A DNA stretch of 64,000 nt from Promethearchaeota archaeon (GTDB lineage Archaea; Asgardarchaeota; Lokiarchaeia; Sigyniarchaeales; SOKP01), in contig JBHLON010000002.1 in NCBI GenBank assembly GCA_048940445.1, positions 96,001 through 160,000 on the forward strand. Direction: 5' to 3'. Below are positions 41,998 to 52,566 of this stretch, in pieces. The notes beneath the pieces are model-generated. The model did no database searches, was not told where the DNA came from, and saw nothing but the letters and a program-made list of their open reading frames with translations. The first letter of the stretch is position 1; the number at the start of each line of letters is the position of its first letter. The translations under genes and the position numbers were made by a program.

Positions 41998-43212
41998 TTA
42001 ACTAAATAAATCTGATTTATCTATTCCTTTGGCAGTTTTTTTCATAATTTTAGAGGTAGCTTTGATAAAATCCTCATTATTAATTATCTCTGAATCTCTT
42101 CTGATGGCAAACATTCCAGCTTCAGTACAGATTGATTTTATATCTGCTCCAGTACCATCTTCAGTTAAATTAATCAATTCTTTGAAATTAACATTCTTAT
42201 CAATATTCAGAAATCTTGTATGAATTTTGAAAATGTCAGCCCTTGAAGCGTCATTGGGTATAGGTAATTCTATAATTCTATCGAATCTTCCAGGTCTTAA
42301 TAAAGCGCGATCTAAAATGTCAATCCGATTTGTTGCCCCAATAAATTTAACATTCCCTCTAAGATTGAATCCGTCTAGTTCACTTAATAATTGCATTAAA
42401 GTTCTTTGAACTTCGCGATCTCCAGAAGTAGCATCTTCCATCCTTTCGGCGGCGATTGCATCTAATTCATCAATAAATAGAATTGTAGGAGCTTTTTTTC
42501 TCGCTAAAGTAAAAATTTCTCTTACATAGCGAGCACCCTCACCAATAAACTTTTGTACTAATTCTGAAGCAATAACTCTTATAAATGTCGCTTTAGTCTC
42601 ATGAGCAACTGCTTTTGCTAGTAAAGTTTTACCCGTACCCGGAGGACCATGAAGAAGTACACCTTTTGGAGGATCAATGCCAACCTTCTGGAATAATTCT
42701 GGTTTTAACAAGGGTAATTCTACTGTTTCTCTTACTTCTTGTATTTGTTCATCTAAACCACCTACATCATTGTAGGATACATCTGGTATCGTGTCAGCTA
42801 ATTCCATCCCTCTAATAAATGGATCTAAATGAGTAGGCAATATTTCCATAACAGAATAAGTATTTTGATTTAATGCTACATTTAATCCAGGAGTAAGATT
42901 TTCTTCCCTTACTTTTTTACTTGTATTTACAACAAAACTAGAACCAGTGGAAATATTTATAATTACTCTCTCCTTTCTCTCATCCAATACATCAATAATA
43001 GTACCTGTAATCAAAGGAGCCTCTCTTAGATGCCCCATTTCATTTCTTAAAGTATTTAAGTCATGTTCTAATTTCAAGCATTCTGTTTTTAGAGTTCGTC
43101 TTTCACTTTCAAGATCCTTTATTCTTTTCTCCAAATGGTTAATGTAGTTAGTGAGGTATTCCTCATCTTTCATATCTTTCCTTCTTCTTTGGTCACTACC
43201 TGATGATTGCAT
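41998..43212 (-). CDS. pan: Proteasome-activating nucleotidase
   Basis: Coiled coil plus OB fold, GPPGTGKTL, SELVQKFIGEG, DREVQRT, ALLRPGRFDR; C-terminus LFS. Confidence 0.95.
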   Translation of the reverse strand: MQSSGSDQRRRKDMKDEEYLTNYINHLEKRIKDLESERRTLKTECLKLEHDLNTLRNEMGHLREAPLITGTIIDVLDERKERVIINISTGSSFVVNTSKKVREENLTPGLNVALNQNTYSVMEILPTHLDPFIRGMELADTIPDVSYNDVGGLDEQIQEVRETVELPLLKPELFQKVGIDPPKGVLLHGPPGTGKTLLAKAVAHETKATFIRVIASELVQKFIGEGARYVREIFTLARKKAPTILFIDELDAIAAERMEDATSGDREVQRTLMQLLSELDGFNLRGNVKFIGATNRIDILDRALLRPGRFDRIIELPIPNDASRADIFKIHTRFLNIDKNVNFKELINLTEDGTGADIKSICTEAGMFAIRRDSEIINNEDFIKATSKIMKKTAKGIDKSDLFS

Positions 43213-43494
43213 GAAAAAATAAGATAAATTTATGTTATTATCTGCTTCTTATAGAATTATTGTAACTATTTATTCTTTTTTTATTGCTTTTAAAATATCT
43301 AAATAAACTTTACTGATAAAAAGAAAGTTTTTTTCTTAGATATGAAAATTATTATTAATTAAAATTTGCATAATTATATATAATAAATTCCAATCTAGGA
43401 TTGAGTTTTAAAGAAAAGATCGAATTATTAGTAAAAGTCGTTATATGAATAAATATGACCTAATGAATAAAATAAATTTATAAAATTGATTTAA

Positions 43495-44127
43495 ATGGTT
43501 AATTATAAATCTGTAGTTAATCGCTTACAAAAACACTATAAGGATGCTGAATCAGTAGCTATTATCAATAATAAAGGTAAATTGATGTATTCAACTAAAA
43601 AATGGAATATTAAGGGTGATATTAATAATTTATTGGGAGCTTGGGCTAGTAGCTCTGCACAATCAGTTACTGTAAATTCCATCCGTTATTCTATAGTTCA
43701 AATGGAACCAGAACGTTTCATTGCCACAAATCGGCATAAAAGAGGGCATTTGATTGGGGCCTCCTCCCCAGATGGAGAATTTTATATGATTGCTCATATA
43801 ACTCCTAAAGCTAAGGGCTGGTTTCACTTAGCCTATCCTGCTGTAGCTAGAGCAGCTGCAATGTTAAAAAAAGGTTTAACATCAGAATTTATTGATACAG
43901 AAATTGATTTATCTAAAGATGAAGAATCCAAAATTTCTGGCAATGTTTCAACCAACTATATTGTTAATCCTACTTTAAAAGCAGAGATAGAAAGCTTTTT
44001 GCAATGGATTAAAGACCCCAATGGGTTAAAAGGCTATATTTCGTATTATCTGCAATTAAATGAGCCCTATTATATTTCTAAGCTCGCTGAGATTTACACA
44101 GAATTATATCGTATTTTTTATTCATAG
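43495..44127 (+). CDS. Profilin-like domain with C-terminal helical extension
   Basis: AIINNKGKLMYSTKKWNI..DI and SVTVNSIRYSIV....ERFIATN..KRGHLI parallel Lokiarchaeal profilin motifs. Confidence 0.75.
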   Translation: MVNYKSVVNRLQKHYKDAESVAIINNKGKLMYSTKKWNIKGDINNLLGAWASSSAQSVTVNSIRYSIVQMEPERFIATNRHKRGHLIGASSPDGEFYMIAHITPKAKGWFHLAYPAVARAAAMLKKGLTSEFIDTEIDLSKDEESKISGNVSTNYIVNPTLKAEIESFLQWIKDPNGLKGYISYYLQLNEPYYISKLAEIYTELYRIFYS

Positions 44128-44214
44128 AATTTTTTCTTATTCAAAAATATTAGGGAATTTTTTATAGAAATAAACAAGAATTATTTAAAGTGCTACTTTC
44201 AATTCTTGTATAAA

Positions 44215-45123
44215 TTAATCTGTATGTGCAGAAATAATTAAATCTGCAAATAATTTCATATCATTTAATAGAGTATTTAACTTATCTTGGGAATCTCTAT
44301 CTAAATCTTTTGTCTTCATGATTAAAACTGAGATAATATATTTGAAAATATGAAGCTCCACTTCTTTCCCTTCATCATTTCTACCTCTAAATATAGCGGA
44401 ATCTGACATAAAAATATTTTCTCTTACAGTATTACAAGCATTTATGAAGTCTCTTAAGTCTCCTCTTAATGTTAGGCCACTACTTACCCCTTGAACATTA
44501 TGTACTATAACGTTACCAGAAACATCAGAAATAATTACTTTTGCTTTAATCTCTTCTAATTGTTCTTCTGCCTTTTCAACATGTGATTTTAGTTCAGTAT
44601 AGCTTGAAATTAATATGTCTCTAAAGGTTTTGGCTAATTCGTCTTGAAGGTAAATACTAGTAAGCTTATAATCAAAATCGTATTCCTTAAACATATCTAG
44701 AAAAATCTCTTTTGCTTTCTTGACATTTGTATCGAGTAGCTCTTTTTGATAATTTTCTGTATCATACTTGTGAAGGAAAAGAAATATTTTTGGTTTTTCA
44801 TTACTTTTGCGATATATATCCAATAATCCATTGAAATAGTCCTTTGCTTGCATAAAATCTTTAGGTGAATGCAAATCAACAACAGGAATGAGAATATCTG
44901 TACCCCTTATCACATCTGGTTTATCCATATATTCCCTTCGATACTGTTCTTGTCCACCAAAATCAAAAATCCCAACCTGTAAACCTAAGAATGGATGTCT
45001 TCTAGTTTCATATAATATGGTGGGACTCAAACTCTTTGTCTCTTCTGCACTCTTTTCAGCAAAAGCAACTGAATAAAGGCTTGTTTTACCACATCCACTC
45101 AATCCAACTAAACTTATTTTCAA
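44215..45123 (-). CDS. Rag/Gtr1-like small GTPase with C-terminal roadblock/longin-like domain
   Basis: GLSGCGKTS, PT switch I, DFGGQ, HKYD (Rag-type HKxD G4), TSIY. Confidence 0.8.
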   Translation of the reverse strand: MKISLVGLSGCGKTSLYSVAFAEKSAEETKSLSPTILYETRRHPFLGLQVGIFDFGGQEQYRREYMDKPDVIRGTDILIPVVDLHSPKDFMQAKDYFNGLLDIYRKSNEKPKIFLFLHKYDTENYQKELLDTNVKKAKEIFLDMFKEYDFDYKLTSIYLQDELAKTFRDILISSYTELKSHVEKAEEQLEEIKAKVIISDVSGNVIVHNVQGVSSGLTLRGDLRDFINACNTVRENIFMSDSAIFRGRNDEGKEVELHIFKYIISVLIMKTKDLDRDSQDKLNTLLNDMKLFADLIISAHTD

Positions 45124-45211
45124 GGAAACACACTTTTTTATAAGTTCTTTACTGTTTTCTTTTTTTATATAATTAATTATTTCATTTAATCTTTTATTAA
45201 ATTAGATAGTT

Positions 45212-46711
45212 TTATTTTTCTTCTTTTGGTGTTAATTTGAAGGTTCTTGAAAAGATTTTACCAAATTCATCTGTAAAAGCTTCAACTAAAATATTCCCAT
45301 ATACAACTTTTCCATCTTTCTCTTCAAGAGGATATCCAATTTCTATAGTTTCGAAGGGGAATAATTCTTTAATTGTAGTAACCCATGGTCGTTTCTCAAA
45401 TAATTCCTCTAAAGTTACAATTCTAATTTTTGCATCCTCCAAGACATAACCAATAGTATTTGTAATAGAAATGTTTAAAATTTTATTTTCCTCATCAATA
45501 TCTTTAGAAACGCTCATAAACTTTTTACTTCCGAGGGTGGGGGTTACGTCCATTTGGTCAGTTTCTGGTTTAGTTTCAATTCTAGGCTCTTCTTCTACCA
45601 TATCTTTTACTATGAAAACTTTCCGTTTTTGAACTGTATACTGGGATACTTTCTTTAATTTTGCTAAAAATAAGACTGAATTTAAATTGATTGCGTTGAA
45701 TGAATCTATTTTAATATATCCTTTTTTGGCAGCGTCCTCGACTATTTCCGCCCCTAAACCAGACCTTGCAAATACAGTATTCTTATTGGGACCACTACCA
45801 ACAGAACCTACGGATATATCTGCTTTCTCAGAAGTCAAATCTACACAAAAATTGCAACTCGAAGATTTAAATTTATCTAACTCCTTTATCGTATAAGATT
45901 TTACCGGTTCACTCTCAGGATCGTAATATAAGTGGAATTTGCCTTTGCTAATATCCATTTTCTTCACTTTTGAGAGATCTATTCCGTCTTTTTCAAAAAA
46001 AGGATAAAGAGCTTCTGGAGAAAAAGAATCCATACAAAATATTCCAATAGTAAAAATATGGGCTCTCATAAAATATTTTAACATTCCTGCAGGAGAATTC
46101 ATCATTTTGTATACCGCATCAATATTACAAGGAGTGCCTACAAACGCTATTGAATTGAACCCTTGCCGGATAGCTTCCATTAATGCCTCAACCGTTTGAG
46201 AGTGACAATAAATGGAACCACTTGCTTTTATTGCATCATCTTTATTTGTAACTATTTGAGCTACGGGATGCCATGGTTTCTTTGGATCTTTCATAGTGAC
46301 AATTGCAGCATCAATTAAGTGCTCATCAAATAAGTAGGCGAGAAGTGAAGTGACAGTGCCACCATCTTGGGCACCTATAACTTCAGGTATATTGGTATTT
46401 GCCACATAACCATTTTTAAATTCGCCCATTAATTGAATAGGATCCGTAATCGTACGTGGACATTGATTATAACAGATTCCACACCCTGTACATTTACCGA
46501 TTAATTTTGGCTGACTTGTTGTATAATCCCATTCAAGAACAGGGCATACAGCAGCACAAGTGCCACATTCTGTACAGATTCCTGCACGGATTATTTCTTT
46601 CATCAGCATTCCATAGGAATCTTTTTTGCCTTCAAGCTTTTTTTGAATATAATCAAATGAATATTCATATTGGGACGATTTTTGGTTTTCTCCAGTTTTA
46701 TTCTCAGTCAT
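45212..46711 (-). CDS. FrhB/FdhB family F420-binding subunit with C-terminal extension
   Basis: Two 4Fe-4S motifs, QDGGTVT, VGTPC, GIFCM, ADISVGSVG. Confidence 0.9.
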   Translation of the reverse strand: MTENKTGENQKSSQYEYSFDYIQKKLEGKKDSYGMLMKEIIRAGICTECGTCAAVCPVLEWDYTTSQPKLIGKCTGCGICYNQCPRTITDPIQLMGEFKNGYVANTNIPEVIGAQDGGTVTSLLAYLFDEHLIDAAIVTMKDPKKPWHPVAQIVTNKDDAIKASGSIYCHSQTVEALMEAIRQGFNSIAFVGTPCNIDAVYKMMNSPAGMLKYFMRAHIFTIGIFCMDSFSPEALYPFFEKDGIDLSKVKKMDISKGKFHLYYDPESEPVKSYTIKELDKFKSSSCNFCVDLTSEKADISVGSVGSGPNKNTVFARSGLGAEIVEDAAKKGYIKIDSFNAINLNSVLFLAKLKKVSQYTVQKRKVFIVKDMVEEEPRIETKPETDQMDVTPTLGSKKFMSVSKDIDEENKILNISITNTIGYVLEDAKIRIVTLEELFEKRPWVTTIKELFPFETIEIGYPLEEKDGKVVYGNILVEAFTDEFGKIFSRTFKLTPKEEK

Positions 46712-46881
46712 AGTAATTTGAGATATTATAATTTAAGGTCTATGTAAAAAAAAATGGATGAATGAAAATAAAATTTATTAATTAATTTAATAGATTTAGA
46801 AGAGATTAGTCCTAATTTTAATAAAAAGAATTAACTGTAAACCATTTTAAGTTTAAATTGGAGATAAAATCAAAAAAGATG

Positions 46882-48480
46882 CTAGGATTTTTCTAATTCC
46901 AGCTTTTCTTCAATTCTTTTTATTGCATTCGAAGCATAGATTCTCACAACGCGGTGGAAATCATTTATTCTTCTCATTAACGCATCTAAAGCCTTTTCAC
47001 CTCCAAAAGTCTCTAGAAATTTGATAAGACTTAATTTCACCTTAAAATCCTCATTCTCATTAACTTTCAAATATTCAATTAAAGTTGCGAGATTTTTGTT
47101 TAATATACGTTTTAAATCCGTAGGTTCATCTTTTAATTTATACCAATTCCTATGAAAGATGTTAAAAATTGCATCTACGGCTACCTTTTTGATTAGCCAA
47201 TAAACTTCTTTATTATCTAATAAGTTTATTAATTCTTCAAGCGGTTTGAGATTTCCAATCTTTCCAAGAGCAATTATTGAATTTTTCTTTATTTCCAAAT
47301 TTCTTTCATGCAATAAATTAAGTAGAGGGTTCACAAAATCCTCCTTGCCTAATTCACCAAATAGAAATGCAACACTTTCTTTAATTGTATCATTATCTTT
47401 TTCCAAATATGAATAAAGATGGTCATACGTCGCATTTTTATTATTTAAATAAATATTTTTAACAGCATCTAAAATAAAAAGTCTCATATCTAAATCAGTA
47501 TATTCAAAGCTTACATCTTCAATGTCTAAAACACCTAAGAGATCAGGAACTGCTGATTCATCTCCGATTTCCCCCAATGCCTTAATTGAGGCTATACTGA
47601 CTTCATTATAGATATTATCTAGATTTGTGATTAGTAAATCTACAGCATCTATTAATTTTAACTTCCCACTTAGTTTAATGGCATTTTGCTTAACTATAAA
47701 ATCATCTATAAGGATAAGTTTAATAATGTCATCCTTTATCTCGGGCTTAATTAACTTCGAAATAGTTAGTATTGCATCCATTAATTCAGAATCTTCTTCT
47801 TTTAAAATCCGTGTTATTTCATCCAATAATACATGCTTATTCGTAATCAAATCTGAAATCAAATCTGGATATTTCTGTTTTAAATAACTAACTTCTTCAA
47901 GTGAAAAACCTACAGTAGATAATTCAGCACCAATTAGCTTTATTATTTCAGTATTATGCTCATCTGAGAATTTCCTTTCTTTCAACGACTTTAATAAGAT
48001 TTTAATCAATTTTTCAGGATTAAGAGTAATTAGTTGGGTTTTTATAAAATCCTTAAGAGAATTGAAAGAAGTATCTAACTCTTTGATAAATAATAGAATT
48101 TCCTCTTCATCAAATTTAATTTTTGTAATTGCTTTTAATACTGAGATTTTTAGCTCAAGATTATCTGATTTCTCTTCCAAAATCCACTTCAAAGGTTTCA
48201 ACGCCTTATCGTATTTTAATTTACCTAAAGCTTTAGCAGCTTCGCATTTAGTCTCAATTCCTTCTTCAGAAATCAGTATATTTTCTAAAGTAGTAAAACA
48301 TTCTTTCTTTAAAGTAGGAGCTTCCTTACCCAATAAACCTAAATACTTTATTGCACTCCTTCTTTTGCTTCCATCTTTTTCAGTATCAATGATCTCTCTT
48401 AAAATCTTAATAGAATTATCAATTCCGAGCTCTTCTCTTCTCTGAAATATCTCTTCAGGAGGTGGTTTTTGGTCTAGCAT
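46882..48480 (-). CDS. HEAT-repeat protein
   Basis: Repeated AAKALGKL / IKALGEIGD / IIALGKIG units. Confidence 0.88.
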   Translation of the reverse strand: MLDQKPPPEEIFQRREELGIDNSIKILREIIDTEKDGSKRRSAIKYLGLLGKEAPTLKKECFTTLENILISEEGIETKCEAAKALGKLKYDKALKPLKWILEEKSDNLELKISVLKAITKIKFDEEEILLFIKELDTSFNSLKDFIKTQLITLNPEKLIKILLKSLKERKFSDEHNTEIIKLIGAELSTVGFSLEEVSYLKQKYPDLISDLITNKHVLLDEITRILKEEDSELMDAILTISKLIKPEIKDDIIKLILIDDFIVKQNAIKLSGKLKLIDAVDLLITNLDNIYNEVSIASIKALGEIGDESAVPDLLGVLDIEDVSFEYTDLDMRLFILDAVKNIYLNNKNATYDHLYSYLEKDNDTIKESVAFLFGELGKEDFVNPLLNLLHERNLEIKKNSIIALGKIGNLKPLEELINLLDNKEVYWLIKKVAVDAIFNIFHRNWYKLKDEPTDLKRILNKNLATLIEYLKVNENEDFKVKLSLIKFLETFGGEKALDALMRRINDFHRVVRIYASNAIKRIEEKLELEKS

Positions 48481-48701
48481 TATAGGCTGCTTTTTTATTA
48501 AAAAAGCCTATTTTTTTTTTAATTATTATGATTTTAGGTCATTCCTTTATAAAAATATTTTCAAATTAATTAAAAAGTCTCAATAAATTGAATAGAAAAA
48601 AATAACTATTAAAGCCCAAATTCAAAACTTTTTATTAATTAACTTTTTATTTGTTTGATCTTTAAAATATTAAAAATTTTAATCTAAATTGGGGACTCAC
48701 A

Positions 48702-49445
48702 ATGCAAGTTTGGTTAACATTGAGAAAATCAATAAACAAAATCAGAGCAGTATTATATGATTTTGCAACAAACTTTAAGGTTGTGAAAGTAACTGCTATG
48801 ATCGTAATGATTGGATATATTTCTTTACTTATAATAGGAGTTATTGTCGCAGCATTTTTGGATCCAGATGGATATACTATCTGGAACAACTGGATTTCTG
48901 ATCTCGGATCACATAATGATACACCTGCTCCATATTTGTATGATATAGCGTGTATTCTTGCGGGTTCTATGACTATTCCGCTCACATATTATATGGAGAA
49001 GTCGCTTGCACCATTACCAAAGAGAAGACAATTAAGAGAACAACATTATTCTCGATTACGATTTCGATTGGGGAGTTTTGCTTTCCTAGCTAGTATTATA
49101 GGGAATTTTGCCTATATTGGTGTAGGTATCTTTAGTGCAGATCGTGATTACGACTTTTTAAAAGTGATGGGAATGGGACCGCATGGAATTATGTCATTAC
49201 TAGCATTTGGTGGATTTACCTTTGGAGCATTTTTCATGGGATGGTTAATAATTTTCTACAATTCAAAAATCCCTAAAGTATTAGGGATCTATGGAATATT
49301 TGGACCATTGACGGTAACTATTTTAAATCTAATTTATGGTACTCCATTCTTAGAATGGATGCTACTTTTTTCAATATTGGCTTGGATCATCCCTCTTGCG
49401 CTAATTATATTAATGAAACCAGATTTAATTCCAAGAAAATATTAA
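48702..49445 (+). CDS. DUF998-like membrane protein
   Basis: GY....NWISDLG, GVGIF, H...S..AF. Confidence 0.7.
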   Translation: MQVWLTLRKSINKIRAVLYDFATNFKVVKVTAMIVMIGYISLLIIGVIVAAFLDPDGYTIWNNWISDLGSHNDTPAPYLYDIACILAGSMTIPLTYYMEKSLAPLPKRRQLREQHYSRLRFRLGSFAFLASIIGNFAYIGVGIFSADRDYDFLKVMGMGPHGIMSLLAFGGFTFGAFFMGWLIIFYNSKIPKVLGIYGIFGPLTVTILNLIYGTPFLEWMLLFSILAWIIPLALIILMKPDLIPRKY

Positions 49446-49456
49446 AAATTTTTTTT

Positions 49457-50137
49457 TTAATTATATTTTCCAAAAAAGAAACCCATTGCAAGATTTCGTG
49501 CATTCTTCAGATGTTTATTCACCGTAGCTTCCTTTATTTTAAAATGTGAAGCGATTTCCATGGATGAAATTTTTTTAGGATTTCTAAAATATCCTTCTTT
49601 TGCTGCATAACTAGCGATTTCTTTCTGTCTTTTTGTAAAATGTGGGAATGGAATAATAGATCTCCAGATTGATTCGTCGAACTCGTCGATTTTATCCAAA
49701 TCGCTCATTCCAACAATTTTAAAATCATCAGTATAAGAAGATAAAGTGTTGAATAAATTTTTAACATAATCTTCATGGGAAATTACAGTAAGCAAAACTA
49801 ACTCGCTTGATACATGAATAGGAAAGAGAAATGCCCATGGACCGGAATCTATTATTGGAAAAAAGCCAGAAGTCCTGCTCTGATCTAAAATGCAAATCAA
49901 CTCTGTTCCAGATTGACTTAAAATCTGAAATATCTTAGGTTTAAAGTACTCTCTTATGAATGTTTTAAAATCAATATTTACATTACGTTTGAAGCGAATC
50001 TTTTGCAAAGCAAAAAAGTGAGTTTGATCATACTGGAATGCGTTTAAAATTTCTACAAATTCAACTTTATCAAATAAATCTCCAAACCCTATTTGTTCTA
50101 CAAATTTACCAGGGATTTGTAGTCTCACTATTTTCAT
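49457..50137 (-). CDS. Transcription regulator with HTH_10 (Bat-type) domain
   Basis: FTKRQKEI...A..EGYF..PKKISS.EIA..F.I...TV..HLK.A. Confidence 0.88.
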   Translation of the reverse strand: MKIVRLQIPGKFVEQIGFGDLFDKVEFVEILNAFQYDQTHFFALQKIRFKRNVNIDFKTFIREYFKPKIFQILSQSGTELICILDQSRTSGFFPIIDSGPWAFLFPIHVSSELVLLTVISHEDYVKNLFNTLSSYTDDFKIVGMSDLDKIDEFDESIWRSIIPFPHFTKRQKEIASYAAKEGYFRNPKKISSMEIASHFKIKEATVNKHLKNARNLAMGFFFGKYN

Positions 50138-50309
50138 TTTTAATTAAAAAACTTCTAATATATTCCCCTTATTTCATAAAATTAGATCATAGTTTTTATA
50201 GGTTGCGATTGCTACCATTTAACTCTTTAGATATTAATAATTATAATAGAATAGGGGTTTTGTTTTGATATTGTCCTTTAATTTATCATATTAAAAGGAG
50301 GCAAACATT

Positions 50310-51452
50310 TTGAAAATTTTAATAACAGGAGCATTTGGTAATGTGGGATTAAGTACTTTAAGAGAATTAATTAAGAAAGATCATAACGTTAGAGTAATTG
50401 AAATAAAAAATAAAAAGAATAAGAAATTAGCAAAAGAATTTAAAAGTAAAGTTGAAATCATATGGGGAGACCTTAGAGACTATAATGATGTTGAAAAAGC
50501 TATAGCAGGACAAGATCTGGTAATCCATCTAGCAGCTATCATCCCTCCATTAGCAGATCATAATCTTGAATTAGCAAGAGCCGTAAATGTTGGAGCAACT
50601 AAAAACATTTTAAATGCCATTAAAAAGCAAGACAAACAAATAAAACTAATTTTTACCTCTTCAATCGCAGTATATGGTGATAGGAGAATGAATCCAATGA
50701 TTAATGTTAAGGACCATCTAAATCCAAGTCTTGGAGACTTTTATGCTCTCACTAAGATACTAGCTGAAAAGGCTATTAGAGAATCTGGTATAACCTTTGC
50801 AATTTTTAGATTAACATATATCACCTCAATTAATAAACTTGACATGGATCCTTTAATGTTTCATATGCCTTTGGATACAAGTATAGAAATTTGTGACACT
50901 AAAGATGTTGGTTTGGCATTATCAAATGCGGTTGATTGTAATCAAATATGGGGTGAAACATTTCATATAGCCGGAGGGATGAGATGTAGAACTACTTATA
51001 GAGAATATCTTAATATGATGATGCAAATCTTTGGATTAGGAGAAAATTTTTTACCTGAACAAGCTTTTGCTAAGAAAGATTTCCACTGTGGTTATATGGA
51101 TACAGAAAAGTCTCAAAGTCTTTTAAAATATCAAAATCATACACTGGAAGATTATTTTAATGAAGTGGTAGAAAAGTTTGGTGTTAAAAAACATTTACTA
51201 AAAATTTTTAAAAAAACAGTTAAATTTCACTTACTAAAAAGTTCAGAACCATATCGCAGATTTAAATTCTTTAAGAGTAGATCAGGAGCTTTTACTGTAT
51301 CCGAAAATAAGTTTATAAGAAAATTGCTCTCTACTAACTATGAGAAGATTGATCTCCTTGAAACTAGAATTATTCAGTTAGAAAAATTAATTCATGAGAC
51401 AATTCAAAATGATAAAAAAGCAAAATTATTTGCACAAATTGAAAATATATAA
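50310..51452 (+). CDS. NAD-dependent epimerase/dehydratase (extended SDR)
   Basis: ITGAFGNVG, HLAA, SSIAVYG, YALTK. Confidence 0.92.
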   Translation: MKILITGAFGNVGLSTLRELIKKDHNVRVIEIKNKKNKKLAKEFKSKVEIIWGDLRDYNDVEKAIAGQDLVIHLAAIIPPLADHNLELARAVNVGATKNILNAIKKQDKQIKLIFTSSIAVYGDRRMNPMINVKDHLNPSLGDFYALTKILAEKAIRESGITFAIFRLTYITSINKLDMDPLMFHMPLDTSIEICDTKDVGLALSNAVDCNQIWGETFHIAGGMRCRTTYREYLNMMMQIFGLGENFLPEQAFAKKDFHCGYMDTEKSQSLLKYQNHTLEDYFNEVVEKFGVKKHLLKIFKKTVKFHLLKSSEPYRRFKFFKSRSGAFTVSENKFIRKLLSTNYEKIDLLETRIIQLEKLIHETIQNDKKAKLFAQIENI

Positions 51453-51499
51453 AGAATGTGTATACGATTATATAGCTAAATAGAATTAAATAAAGAGCT

Positions 51500-52177
51500 T
51501 TATATGAGTATATAAGCAGGATTATATGATGTAACTATTCTATAGAAAAAGTTTGTAATAAATACAGCTAATCCTAAAATCCCCACAACCATAATGTTTT
51601 TATCCTTGTATTTAATTCCATGAATTATCAATAGGACAAAACCATTTAATCGAATGATAACCAAAGTAACAATTATAGGTAAATAAATTAAACTCAAAAA
51701 GGGGCTATAACCATAAAGAATGCTAATAATACTTAACGTATTTCCATTTAAAAAGATTATCCCAATTCCATAAGAAGTCATCCAAAGAATCCCTGCAATC
51801 ATAAGAAGAGCATTGTACTCTTTCTTATTTCGCTTACCATAAATATAAAAAAAGACCCCATAGGCTATAAAAAATGGTAGAGTCAAGAGAAGACCTATAA
51901 AAATCATATAACTAATTATTATAAATTTCTCAAATCCCACCTCAAAAGAGCCCGAGATTGCCGGAAAAACCAAGGGTAATAAACTAAAAGTAAGAATTAA
52001 AATAGCTGAAACCCTTAATAAACTTGATGATTGTATCGCTTCTTTCCTATACTTATGAGCTCTAAATAGAAAAATTGAAATAACAATAGCAAAATTAGCA
52101 GAGATTATCAATGGTATGGCAATATAAAGAAAAGAAAATAAATTGAGATACTGAAGATAATTAAATGTAATCGTCAA
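51500..52177 (-). CDS. Multi-TM membrane protein
   Basis: About 6 hydrophobic segments. Confidence 0.6.
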   Translation of the reverse strand: MTITFNYLQYLNLFSFLYIAIPLIISANFAIVISIFLFRAHKYRKEAIQSSSLLRVSAILILTFSLLPLVFPAISGSFEVGFEKFIIISYMIFIGLLLTLPFFIAYGVFFYIYGKRNKKEYNALLMIAGILWMTSYGIGIIFLNGNTLSIISILYGYSPFLSLIYLPIIVTLVIIRLNGFVLLIIHGIKYKDKNIMVVGILGLAVFITNFFYRIVTSYNPAYILI

Positions 52178-52566
52178 TTAAAAGACCTTTTAAATTTTAA
52201 ATATTTGTCTGGATTTAAACAATTTAAATATAAGAAAAATTGTATTAAAAGCTTTTTTATATATTAGTTAAATCCAATTATTTTTTAGTCTTATACTATT
52301 TAATTTCTCAATCAAATAACAAATGGTTTTCGAAATAGGATAAAACTATCTATTTCATCAACTTAATTTCCAGATTTAATTTATAACGTTAAATAACAAA
52401 TTATTTAAATAAATACAACATAAACATTAACATAATTATATAAAAAATGAGCTTCTCGATATTTAATGTATTTTAAATATCGGATGTTTACCATTTTCAA
52501 TATATAAAAAAGCTGAGTAAAGATATAGACATAATTGTTAATCAAGAGGTGGATGTGTAAGAAAAG

